The translations under genes were made by a program, and so were the position numbers. The notes beneath the pieces were generated by a model, which did no database searches, was not told where the DNA came from, and saw only the letters and a list, made by a program, of their open reading frames with translations. A stretch of DNA of 25,000 bases from an uncultured delta proteobacterium (GTDB lineage: Bacteria; Myxococcota_A; Bradymonadia; REDH01), in assembly GCA_903912275.1 (NCBI GenBank), contig CAIWGR010000068.1:1-25000 (forward strand), read 5' to 3'. Below, one piece after another: positions 6,317 through 16,200 of the stretch; the first letter of the stretch is position 1; every line of letters begins with the position of its first letter.

Positions 6317-8689
6317 TCAGTCGGCGAGCAGCGACGAGATCTTGTGCTTGGGATCGGGGGTCCAGAACAGGGCGAGGAGGGCCGGAAGCAGCATCAGGTC
6401 GCCCAGGATGCAACCGATGAGGGTGACGGTCATGAGCTCGCCGAAGAGCCGGACGGGGACGAACGAGCTGGCGAAGAGAACGGCCATGCCGCCCACCAGC
6501 ATCAGGCTGGCGGAGAGGATGGCGCGACCGGTGCCACGTGCCGTGCGGATGACGCACTCCTCCTTGCTGTGACCTTCGCGGGCCTCTTCGAGGAGCCGTG
6601 CGAGCACATGGATGGTGTCGTCTACGGCGAGGCCGACGGCGATGGAGAAGATGATGACCGAGGTCGTGTTGAGGTTGATGCCCTGCAGCGCCATGTAGGC
6701 CAGCGTCCAGACGAGCGGCAGCATGTTTGGCGGTGCGCTGATGAGCCCCATGCGGAGGCTCCGGAAGAGCACGGTCATGAAGCCGAAAATGAGGAAGGTC
6801 GAGAAGAAGAGCGACCCCATCAGATCGCCGATCAGCGAGGTGAGGCCGCGGCTTGCCGAGTAGGCGTCGCCGGTCAGGTGGAGGGTGACGGAGGGCCACT
6901 TCGCGAGCCTGCGCGCTACCTCTGCGGTGAGCTGGTCACTCAGCTCATTGGAGCGCTTGGAGCCTACATCTTCGACCGCGATGGCCACCCGCATCTCCGT
7001 CCTGCTGAGGTTCACGAAGGCGTCGAGCGGGTTGGAGGTCCCGCTCTCGAGCAGCGAGGCGAGCTGCGCCACCTGCTGTCGCGACTTGAAGGGCTGCTCC
7101 CGCTTGGCGGGGTCACCGGCGTAGGCCACCCAGGTCTCGTGCAGGTAGTCCTGGTAGGAGGTGGCGCTGATGGTGCCCTCCTGCGCCTCAATCCAGTCTT
7201 CGAGGCCGGCGATGGCGTTGAGCAGCTCGGGGTCGTCGAACTGTCCCTTCTCGGTGGCGGTGAAGTGGAGCTCGAAGGGGACCGAGCCATTCATCTTCTT
7301 CTCGAGCATCTCGATGGTCTGAAGGATCTCGTCGCCCGGCCGGAAGGTCTCGCGAAGCCGCGTATCGATCACGATGGAGCGGGAGAGATAGATGGCCGGC
7401 GTCATGAGGATGATGGTGCCGATGACCACCCTCCAAGGGTTCCGGAAGGAGATCCCCATGAGCCAGACGACGACCCGCTCGGTGATGCCGTCTTTGCGGC
7501 TCTCGTGGCTCTTCGATGAGGGCGGTGCGACGAGCGTCAGGGTGGGCGGGAGGAAGAGGACGGTGATGACATAGGTGAGCAGTGCGCCGGCCGCCGCCGC
7601 GATGCTGAAGTTGCGCAGGATCTGCGTGTGCGAGAGCAGGTTGCTCGCAAACCCGACAGAGGAGGTGACCGCGGTGAGGCCGCAGGCGATGACGACCGCC
7701 ATCATGGTCCGGTGGCCTGCAACTTGGTTGGTGGGCGAAGTGACCCGCTCCTCCATGTAGCGGCTCACAACATGGATGCTGTCGTTGATACCGACGACGA
7801 TGAGGAGCACCGGCAGGATCTGGTTGATGATGTTGAAGGGCTGATCGGCCCAGGCCATCGTCCCGACGAGGATCAGGACGGAGATGCCGACCGCCATGGC
7901 AGGGAAGAGGATCGCAGCCCACCAGCGGAAGGTGAGGAAGAGGCTGAAGACACAGAAGAGCATCGCCAGCGGGACGATGCGGGTCTGGTCATGAAAGAAC
8001 TGGTCTACCACCCAGACGCGGATGTGGGGCAGGCCGGAGACCTTCACCTTCGACCCCGCCGGTGCAGGGTGGGTTGCAAGGTAGTCTTTGAAGGCCTTGT
8101 CGATGGGCCGGTTGGCGTTGACCTTGGTCCGGGCCCGGTCGATGTAGAAGGCGAGCATCGCCACATCCCGCTTGCCCGCACTGTCGCCCATGCTGATCAG
8201 CCGGCGGTCCAGAAGCTTCGATTCACGCACGGTCGCACGGAGCGCCTCTGCCTCCGCGTGCTCCACCGTCGGCCCTACGATGGGGTTATCGACCCGCACC
8301 TCGAAACCGTCGGTCTCGTTGCCGTCGCGCCGCGGGATGGGGGTGCGGGTGACGCTCTCCACCTTTTCGCACCAGCTCTTGTCCTCGAGCGCGAGGGAGG
8401 CGCTGTGAAGCCAGGCAAGGTTGGCGTCGGAGAGCACATCGTCGCTCTCCATGACGATGGCGATCACATTGTCTGTCTTGCCGAAGGTCTTGGTGAAGGC
8501 CGCATCGATCGCCGCCTGATCCTCGAAGGTGGCAAAGAGCGCCTGCGGCGAAAAGTCGGCCCGCACGCCACGTACCACGATGCCGGCCACCGCCAGCAGC
8601 ACCAGCAGCGCAACAAATCCCAGCGGGAGCCAGCGCCGCTCCAGCGACTTGTGGGAGAACTTGTCGACGAAGGACTCGAGCGAGGGCAT
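6317..8689 (-). CDS. MMPL/RND-superfamily exporter (COG1033-like), ~790 aa
   Basis: Two repeats of (TM + large periplasmic loop + TM bundle), with acidic TM motifs VGINDSIH and GLAVDDTIH. The likely start is ATG 8689 (MPSLESF); the ORF-track extension to 8845 overlaps the divergent gene. Confidence 0.9.
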   Translation of the reverse strand: MPSLESFVDKFSHKSLERRWLPLGFVALLVLLAVAGIVVRGVRADFSPQALFATFEDQAAIDAAFTKTFGKTDNVIAIVMESDDVLSDANLAWLHSASLALEDKSWCEKVESVTRTPIPRRDGNETDGFEVRVDNPIVGPTVEHAEAEALRATVRESKLLDRRLISMGDSAGKRDVAMLAFYIDRARTKVNANRPIDKAFKDYLATHPAPAGSKVKVSGLPHIRVWVVDQFFHDQTRIVPLAMLFCVFSLFLTFRWWAAILFPAMAVGISVLILVGTMAWADQPFNIINQILPVLLIVVGINDSIHVVSRYMEERVTSPTNQVAGHRTMMAVVIACGLTAVTSSVGFASNLLSHTQILRNFSIAAAAGALLTYVITVLFLPPTLTLVAPPSSKSHESRKDGITERVVVWLMGISFRNPWRVVIGTIILMTPAIYLSRSIVIDTRLRETFRPGDEILQTIEMLEKKMNGSVPFELHFTATEKGQFDDPELLNAIAGLEDWIEAQEGTISATSYQDYLHETWVAYAGDPAKREQPFKSRQQVAQLASLLESGTSNPLDAFVNLSRTEMRVAIAVEDVGSKRSNELSDQLTAEVARRLAKWPSVTLHLTGDAYSASRGLTSLIGDLMGSLFFSTFLIFGFMTVLFRSLRMGLISAPPNMLPLVWTLAYMALQGINLNTTSVIIFSIAVGLAVDDTIHVLARLLEEAREGHSKEECVIRTARGTGRAILSASLMLVGGMAVLFASSFVPVRLFGELMTVTLIGCILGDLMLLPALLALFWTPDPKHKISSLLAD

Positions 8690-8831
8690 AGCGTTACCTG
8701 ACTTTCCGCGGACAATGCGGCCCGACCTTCTGCGCCCGCGGAGACAAAATTGCAACGGATCTCGTTGAATCGCGACACCTTCCCGACCTAGGATCGCGCC
8801 ACCCGCACACGCTCGCCCAAGGCTCCCGATC

Positions 8832-10001
8832 ATGGCGCACGACAACGCTCACTCCCGCCCCGCCTCCGCCGTTGTGGCCCGCTGGGTCGACCCCCGCCAG
8901 CAGCAGCCCGTCGCACTGCCCATCTACCAGACCACCACCTTCGTCATGGATGAGGCCCTCGTCTCGGCCATGAACCGGGGCGACTACCGCTCGGAGTATC
9001 TCTACACCCGCATGGGCAACCCGACGGTGCGCGCGCTCGAGGAGCGGCTCGCGGCATTGCACGGCGCCGAAGATGGGCTCTGCACCGCCAGCGGCATGGC
9101 TGCGTTGTCGGCTGCGCTCATCGGCAACACCGCGCCCGGCGACGGCATCGTGGCCGCAAACCAGCTCTACGGCGTCACCACCGCCTTCCTTATCCGCTTC
9201 CTGGCAGGCATGGGGCGCGAAGTTGTCTTCGCCGACACGAGCAACCCCGAGGCCATCGCCGCTGCTGCAGCGTCGCTCGCAAAGCCGACCTGGCTCCTCG
9301 TCGAGACCATCTCCAACCCGCTCATGGAGGTGTCGCCCATCGCGACCCAGGCCGCGCAGGCCCGCTCGCTCGGCATGCGGCTCATGGTCGACAACACCTT
9401 CGCCAACCCGCTCCTCTGCCGGCCGCTCGCCCTCGGCGCCGACCTGGTGGTGGAGAGCCTCTCCAAGTCGATCTCCGGCCACAGCGATGTCCACGGCGGA
9501 TTGGTAGCCGGCGCCGCGGAGCCTGTGCGGCTCGCCTGGGATGCGATGGTCCATCTGGGGAGCTGCCTCGACCCGCATGCCGCAGCGCTCATCTGGCGCG
9601 GCCTCAAGACCGCGGTGGTCCGGACCGACGCGAGCTGCCAGCGGGCGCTGGCGCTGGTCAAATGGCTGCAGGAGCAGGGCATCGCGCAGGTCTTTCACCC
9701 CTCGCTGCAGCCAAGCTGGCAGGAGACGCTGACGGCCGGCGGCCCGATGCTCAGCTTCGTGGTTTCGGGCGGCGACGCGCGGGCGGAGCGGCTGCTGCAG
9801 GCCCTCAAGGTGGCCACGCCCGCCACCTCGCTCGGCGGCGTAGAGACGCTCGTCAGCCTGCCCTACAACACCTCACACAGAACCCCCGAGGCCCGTGCGC
9901 AAATCGGCTTGTTGCCAGGAACGGTGCGGCTCTCGGTCGGCATCGAGGCCTTCGAAGACCTGCGCGACGACCTTGCGCAGGCCCTCGCAGCGAGCGCCTA
10001 G
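8832..10001 (+). CDS. PLP-dependent trans-sulfuration enzyme (cystathionine gamma-synthase/lyase or methionine gamma-lyase family)
   Basis: Motifs PIYQTTTF, YTRMGNPT, SGMAA, ETISNP, VDNTFA, SLSKSISGHSD (PLP lysine), SLGGVETL and VRLSVGIE. Substrate specificity cannot be assigned from sequence alone. Confidence 0.92.
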   Translation: MAHDNAHSRPASAVVARWVDPRQQQPVALPIYQTTTFVMDEALVSAMNRGDYRSEYLYTRMGNPTVRALEERLAALHGAEDGLCTASGMAALSAALIGNTAPGDGIVAANQLYGVTTAFLIRFLAGMGREVVFADTSNPEAIAAAAASLAKPTWLLVETISNPLMEVSPIATQAAQARSLGMRLMVDNTFANPLLCRPLALGADLVVESLSKSISGHSDVHGGLVAGAAEPVRLAWDAMVHLGSCLDPHAAALIWRGLKTAVVRTDASCQRALALVKWLQEQGIAQVFHPSLQPSWQETLTAGGPMLSFVVSGGDARAERLLQALKVATPATSLGGVETLVSLPYNTSHRTPEARAQIGLLPGTVRLSVGIEAFEDLRDDLAQALAASA

Positions 10002-10843
10002 TCGCGCGCGTTGGTGTTCCAGTCGTAGGTAAAGAAGCCAATCTTGTTGGCGCTGTCTTCGACAAAGGCGCGCTGCTCCGGCGCGACGTGGGAAGCAATG
10101 AAGGCGCGCACGCCTTCGGGACCGCCGAAGTCATCCTTGTACCAGTCGAAGATGGAGCTGATCTCGAGCCCCTTCTTGGACTTGAAGAGGGTCGTGCGGG
10201 TCACATACTCGGTCGCCTGACGCTCCAGGAGTGTCTCAAGATTGGCGCCGTTGATGGCCTCGCCCACAATGAAGGGGCAGCTCGCACTGGCGCAGTTGAC
10301 CAGGAAGTGGATGCGCGGCTCCTTGAAGGGATCGCGAATCTTGGTCTTCTCCAGCTCGTTGAGCGTGACGGATTCGCCAGCGATGGTGTGCTTGGTCTTG
10401 TCGAAGAAGCCATCCTTCTTCAGCACGCTCGTCACCGGCCAGAGCCTGAGCACCTCGGCGATGGTCGTGGCGTTGTAGGCGTTGATGTAGAAGGCCAGCG
10501 CCTCCTCGCGTGAGAGCTTGGAGGTGTCGGCCGTGGCGACCTGCGCGGTGAAGGCCTGGAGCTTCGCCATCGCGTCGGTGTCGGCCGCAAGCGCCTTGTA
10601 ACGGAAGCCACCGTCGGCGGTCACGAAGGTATGGAGCAGGGCATCCCAGCCCGCGGTGGCGTCAGCGGTCGCGGGCGCTGCAGCCTCCGCAGGGGCGGAA
10701 GGCGCCGGCGCTGCCTCGGCCTGCGCGGTCTCCACAGCGGGGGTCGTGCCATGGCCTTCGCAGGCCTCGGCCGGGCGGGCCAGGGCCGTCGAACCGGCGA
10801 GCAGGAGGGTGGTAAGAAGCATCGAGGTGGGGTTCAAAAACAT
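9998..10843 (-). CDS. DUF547 domain-containing exported protein
   Basis: GGAGG precedes ATG 10843. Signal peptide and Ala-rich linker, then AFYINAYNA, RIHFLVNCASASCP, SSIFDWYKDDF and YDWNTN. Confidence 0.85.
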   Translation of the reverse strand: MFLNPTSMLLTTLLLAGSTALARPAEACEGHGTTPAVETAQAEAAPAPSAPAEAAAPATADATAGWDALLHTFVTADGGFRYKALAADTDAMAKLQAFTAQVATADTSKLSREEALAFYINAYNATTIAEVLRLWPVTSVLKKDGFFDKTKHTIAGESVTLNELEKTKIRDPFKEPRIHFLVNCASASCPFIVGEAINGANLETLLERQATEYVTRTTLFKSKKGLEISSIFDWYKDDFGGPEGVRAFIASHVAPEQRAFVEDSANKIGFFTYDWNTNARD

Positions 10844-10947
10844 TTTTTCCTCCGGCGCGCAACAACGGGCTCTGGACGCCGACAATACCATGGGCCGTCG
10901 ACGGAGCAACCGTTGCGACCCTTCACTTTCTTCCCGTGAGGTGTCTG

Positions 10948-11472
10948 ATGAAGCGAACGATTGTCTCTCTTGGCATGTTGATGGTGGTGGGGTGTGGGCA
11001 GCGTGAGGTGCTGCGGTTTGTGCCGGCCGCTCCGGGCTACGCGGTGGAGCGCCCCGTGGACGAGGAGGGCTCCGACGCCGTCGTGAAGGCCGCCCGCCAT
11101 CGGGTGGCCGCCGCGAGCCGACTTGGGGAGCGGGTTGCTGCGAGCGAGCGGGCGCTCCGTCACCCCGAGGCAGAGCCCTCGGCCCCGGTTCGCAGCCGCG
11201 CCGCGGCGCCGGTGGCGGAGGGTTCGGCGGTGGCGGCTGCTGCCGCGGCGCCGCCGGCGCTTGTCGACCTCAACACGGCGACGCTGGCCGAGCTCGATGC
11301 GCTGCCCCGCGTCGGGCCGGCGATGGCGGCCCGCATCGTCGCCAAGCGCCCCTTCCGCCGCGCCGATGATCTGCGGCGCGTCAGTGGCATTGGCCCCTCG
11401 ACCTTTCGCGCGCTCCGGCCGCTTGTGACGGTCGCTGTCGCACAGGGCACCCGCGCGCCACAACCTCATTGA
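10948..11472 (+). CDS. comEA: ComEA-like helix-hairpin-helix DNA-binding protein, possible lipoprotein
   Basis: C-terminal VDLNTATLAELDALPRVGPAMAARIV...DDLRRVSGIGPSTF (two HhH motifs). The N-terminal hydrophobic segment ends in VVG-C. GAGGTG lies upstream of ATG 10948. Confidence 0.8.
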   Translation: MKRTIVSLGMLMVVGCGQREVLRFVPAAPGYAVERPVDEEGSDAVVKAARHRVAAASRLGERVAASERALRHPEAEPSAPVRSRAAAPVAEGSAVAAAAAAPPALVDLNTATLAELDALPRVGPAMAARIVAKRPFRRADDLRRVSGIGPSTFRALRPLVTVAVAQGTRAPQPH

Positions 11473-11542
11473 AGCGAGCCGCGGGGTTAGGCTAGGGTGT
11501 GGCCCGCGAACCATCGGTTCGTCTCACTGCCGGAAGTATCTC

Positions 11543-12175
11543 ATGCGCATGATCTTTGTTGGCCCCCCAGGCGCCGGAAAGGGCACCCAGGCCGCCCGCC
11601 TCGTTGAACACTTCGCCATCCCCCACATCTCCAGCGGCGACATGCTGCGGGCCGCGGTGAAGGAGGGAACGGCCCTGGGCGTCGAGGCCGACGGCTACAT
11701 GAAGCGGGGCGACCTCGTTCCCGACGCCGTCGTCATCGGCATGATCGTCGAGCGCATCGGCAAGGCGGATGCCGCCACCGGCTTCATGCTCGACGGCTTC
11801 CCCCGCACCCGTCCTCAGGCCGAGGCGCTCGATGTCGCACTCACCGCTGCGGGCGTGAAGCTCGATGCGGTCGTGCTCCTCGAGGTACCCGACAGCCTCA
11901 TCGTCGAACGCATCGTCTGGCGCCGCACCGATCCCGACACCGGCACCATCTACCATCTCAAGTTCAGCCCGCCCGAGAGCGACGAGATCGCGGCGCGCCT
12001 CCAGCAGCGCAAAGACGACACCGAAGAGGCCTGCATCAACCGCCTGAGCAAGTATCACGGCGAGACGGCCCCCATCGTCCCCTTCTACGAGGCGCAGGGC
12101 ATCCTCCGCCGCGTGGATGGCGTCGGCGCCCCCGACGAGATCACGGCCCGCCTCCTCACCTCGCTGCAGCACTGA
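11543..12175 (+). CDS. adk: Adenylate kinase
   Basis: P-loop GPPGAGKGTQA, then HISSGDMLR, GDLVPD, LDGFPRT and LID RRTDPDTGTIYHLKFSPP...RKDD. Confidence 0.97.
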   Translation: MRMIFVGPPGAGKGTQAARLVEHFAIPHISSGDMLRAAVKEGTALGVEADGYMKRGDLVPDAVVIGMIVERIGKADAATGFMLDGFPRTRPQAEALDVALTAAGVKLDAVVLLEVPDSLIVERIVWRRTDPDTGTIYHLKFSPPESDEIAARLQQRKDDTEEACINRLSKYHGETAPIVPFYEAQGILRRVDGVGAPDEITARLLTSLQH

Positions 12176-12176
12176 G

Positions 12177-13184
12177 ATGAGAGGCCGTAGCCTGTTTCTG
12201 CTTGCCCAGGCGCTGGCCTGCGTGGCGCTGGTTGCGACGGCCTGCTCGGAGGCGCCTGTGCGTGGTCGGGGCTCTTCGGGTGGCGGCGGCGGTGGCGGCC
12301 TGCCCGCCGATACTGGCACCGGCGATGCCGCACCCGATGACACAGGTGGGTCGGACACAAGCCTCGACGATACGGGCTCTGTCGACACGAGCAGCGACGC
12401 CGCGGCCGACACGGCTGCCGATACGAACGGCGATACGGCCGCCGACACGGCCGGAGATGCGGGCACGCTCCCACCCACCGAGAACTGCAGCAACGGCGTG
12501 GACGACGACCTCGACCGCCTTATCGACTGCCTGGATCCGGACTGTGCGGGTGCTCCGCTCTGCGCCGGCTTCGTCGAAGATTGCAGCGACGGCCGTGACA
12601 ACGACCGCGACGGCGCCATCGACTGCGCCGACAGCGACTGCTCGTCCACACCGGCCTGCGCCCCGTCGCGCGAAACCAGCTGCAACGACCGCCTCGACAA
12701 CGACCGCGACGGCGCCGTCGACTGTGAAGACCTGGACTGCGCGAGCGCATCCAACTGCTTCGTCTCCGCAGAGAACTGTGCAAACGGCCTCGACGACGAC
12801 CGCGACGGTGCGACCGACTGCGCCGACGGCGACTGTTTCTTCGATGCAGCATGCACCCCCACCCCCAGCGCCGCCTGCAACAACGTCAACGACCTCAACG
12901 CCCTCTCCGGGGTCACCTACGACGACATCACCAACCAGTGTCTGATTACCTGCCTCTCGGGTGGCGCCCTGGCCATCGATGTCTGCTTCTCGGACTGCGT
13001 CAGCAACTCCTACGGAACCTCCCAGGCCTGCGGCGACTGCTTCGGCGCCACCGCCTCCTGCGGCTTCACCACCTGCAACAGCCCCTGCTTCCCCTTCGGC
13101 GGAACACCTGAATGCAGCAGCTGCGTGCAGACCAGCTGCGGCGCCGACTTCGAAGCCTGCGCGGGTTTCCCCATCCCTCTCTGA
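12177..13184 (+). CDS. Cys-rich repeat lipoprotein 1 (four E-x-C-x-D/N-G-x-D-x-D-x-D-G-x-x-D-C-x-D-x-D-C repeats plus a 14-Cys C-terminal domain)
   Basis: The ATG is 1 nt after the adk stop. Lipobox VATA-C, Gly and DT-rich linker, four repeats at 12480-12854, then a Cys-rich tail. Confidence 0.85.
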   Translation: MRGRSLFLLAQALACVALVATACSEAPVRGRGSSGGGGGGGLPADTGTGDAAPDDTGGSDTSLDDTGSVDTSSDAAADTAADTNGDTAADTAGDAGTLPPTENCSNGVDDDLDRLIDCLDPDCAGAPLCAGFVEDCSDGRDNDRDGAIDCADSDCSSTPACAPSRETSCNDRLDNDRDGAVDCEDLDCASASNCFVSAENCANGLDDDRDGATDCADGDCFFDAACTPTPSAACNNVNDLNALSGVTYDDITNQCLITCLSGGALAIDVCFSDCVSNSYGTSQACGDCFGATASCGFTTCNSPCFPFGGTPECSSCVQTSCGADFEACAGFPIPL

Positions 13185-13209
13185 TTCAACGCCCCACCGC
13201 GGAAATGCC

Positions 13210-16200
13210 ATGAAACTCAACCTCCGCCGCAGTGCGCTCCCGGCCCTCCTGACCCTCCTCGCCGCCTGCGGCACCGAGGTTGCCTCGCGCGACCGCACGG
13301 AGAACGGCGGCGAGGATACCGCTAGCACCGACACCGCCGTCGACACCGCGCCTGACGGCAGCGGCGACACGGGCACCTCTGACACCACGTTGGACACGGG
13401 CGGCAGCGGCGACACGGGCACCGACACGGGCACCTCTGACACCACGTTGGACACGGGCGGCAGCGGCGATACCGGCACCGTGGAGCCGGTCTGTGGTGAC
13501 GGCACCGTCGACGACGGCGAGAGCTGCGATGATGGCGCCAACAACTCCGACACCGCGCCCGACGCTTGCCGCACCGACTGCCTCCCCGCCAGCTGCGGCG
13601 ACGCCATCCTCGACAGCGGCGAGAGCTGCGACGACGGCAACCTCGACCCGCAGGACGGCTGTGACGCCAACTGCAAGGAAGAGATCTCGCTCGAGCGGCT
13701 CTGCACCCCCTGCGTCTCCGACGCCTCCTGCGGCAGCGCCTTCTCCTGCGTCACGCTCGACACCTTCATCTGCACGCTCGACTGCTCCGCCGACGGCCTC
13801 TGCCCCGCCGACTACACCTGCCTCAATGCGACCGACATCGCAGGTGGCCCCGGCCGTTTCTGCATCCCAGACGCCGGCTCCTGCGCCGCCTGCGAAGACC
13901 TCGACGGCGATGGACGAGGCCCCACCGCCTCCTGCATCGCGCCCGACTGCAACGACAACAACAACCAGATCTTCGTCGGTGCGCCCGAGCGCTGCGACGG
14001 ACTCGACAACAACTGCGATGGCGCGACCGACACGGGCTGCTCCTGCATCGACGGCAACACCACGCCGTGCGGTCTCACTGAAGGCAGCTGCGAGCTCGGC
14101 ACGCAGACCTGCGTGGCCGGCGTCTGGGGCGCCTGCGTCGGCGGCATCGAACCCGCTGCGGAGCGTTGCGACGGCCTCGACAACGACTGCGACGGCACCG
14201 TCGATGACTTCGCAGTGGATGCCGTCCGCTACTACCGCGACGCTGACGCCGACGGTGCGGGCGCGGGTACCAGCTACACGCTCGCCTGCGGTCCTGATCG
14301 CACCTTCACGGTAACGAACGACACCGACTGCGACGACACGCTCGCGACCGTCCGTCCCGGCCTCGAAGAGCGCTGCGACGGTCTCGACAATGACTGCAAT
14401 GCTGCCACCGTCGATGGCCGCGATGAACTCTCCATCGGCACGAGCTGCGATGGCGCCGACCTCGACCTCTGCGCGGAGGGTCGCATTGTCTGCGCGGCCA
14501 GCACGCTCACCTGCGACGAGCCGGCCGGCGATGCGCTCGAGAGCTGCGACGGCCTCGACAACGACTGCGACGGCAGCATCGATGAGGGCGTCATCGGCGC
14601 CCCCACCTGGTACCGCGACGGCGACAACGATGGCGCCGGCGGGAGCGCTGTAACGACCACTGCCTGCACGGCGCCTTCCGGCTATGTCGCCACCGCCACC
14701 GACTGCGACGACACCCGCATCACCGTCTATCCTGGCGCCGCGGAGGTCTGTGCCGACGGCCTCGACAACAACTGCGACACCTTCTTCGACTGCGCCGACA
14801 GCAACTGCGCCTCGCTGCCCGCCTGTCAGGTGGTCGAGATCTGCAACAACGCCCTCGATGACGACGGCGACGGCCTCATCGACTGCCTCGACTCAGGCTG
14901 CGCCGCTGAGCCTGCCTGTGCCGTCGGCACCTGCCTCGACTTCGACCTCGGCGCCTCTGTGGGCGATGCCGTCGCGCTCGACACCATCGTCTTCGCCGGC
15001 GGTGCCGCCACCAGCAACGACACGAACACCAGCTGCGGCGGTGCCGTCTCGTCCGACCGTGCCTACCTCTGGCATGCCCCCCGCGCTGGCACCTATACCT
15101 TCTCGATCAGTGCTGCTGACTACATCTGGGTCATGAGCATCCGCCCGCCCAGCTGCACAGCGCTAGACTACGTTTGCGCGGCCCAAGACACCCTCGTCGG
15201 CCCCGGCATCAGCCGCTTCTTCCGCGCCGGCGAGCAGACCCTCATCACCGTCGATGGCCTCTCCGGCGCAGAGGGCACCTTCACCCTCAACATCAACCCC
15301 TCCGAGGCTGGAGCCTGCACCGACGCCACCGACAACGACGCCGATGGTCTCACGGACTGCGACGACAGCGACTGCGCCACCGACGCGGCCTGCCCCGAGC
15401 TCTGCACCGACGGCCGCGACAACAACGGCGACGGCCTCATCGATTGCGACGACCCCTCCTGCGCCACCGCTCCCCTCTGCATCTCCACCTACTGCCCCGT
15501 CGGCGACCTTGGCTCGGTGCTCGGCACCCCCGTCATCAGCGCCACGACCGTTGGCTCGACCAACTACTTCACCGGCGTCTGCGGCGGCGGCAGCGGCCCC
15601 GAGCTCACCTACACCTGGACCGCGCCCCGCGCCGGCGCCTACCGCTTCGATACCCGCCCCCGCACCACCACATCCGCCACTGACACCGTCCTCTATGTGC
15701 GCCGCGGCGTCTGCACCACGCAGGAGCTCGGTTGCGATGACGACATCGCCTCCGCCGGAACCGGCACCTCGACGCTCCCCTCGGAGGTCTTCCTGAACAT
15801 GACAGCCGGCGAGCAGGTCACCATCGTCGTCGATAGCTACTACGCCGCCGGCGGCGCCTTCGACCTCACCATCGCAAACGCCGAGACGGGCGCCTGCCGC
15901 GACGGCGTCGACAGCGACGGCGACCTCCTCGTCGATTGCTTCGACCCCGACTGCTACGGCAGCAATGCCGCCGGCACCTGCACCGAGATCTGCAACGACG
16001 GCATCGACAACAATGCCAACGGACAGCTCGACTGCCTCGACACGGCCTGCTCCCTCGACCGCTGGTGCGATGAGATCTGCACCGACGGCCGCGACAACGA
16101 CGGCGACACGCTGGTCGACTGCGCCGACCCCGACTGCGCCACAAATGCCGTCTGCATCGAAGTCTGCACCGACGGCATCGATAACGACAGCGACGGCTTC

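Noticed and set aside
6296-8701. 407-aa and 357-aa plus-strand ORFs
   Set aside because: Antisense shadows of the MMPL gene.
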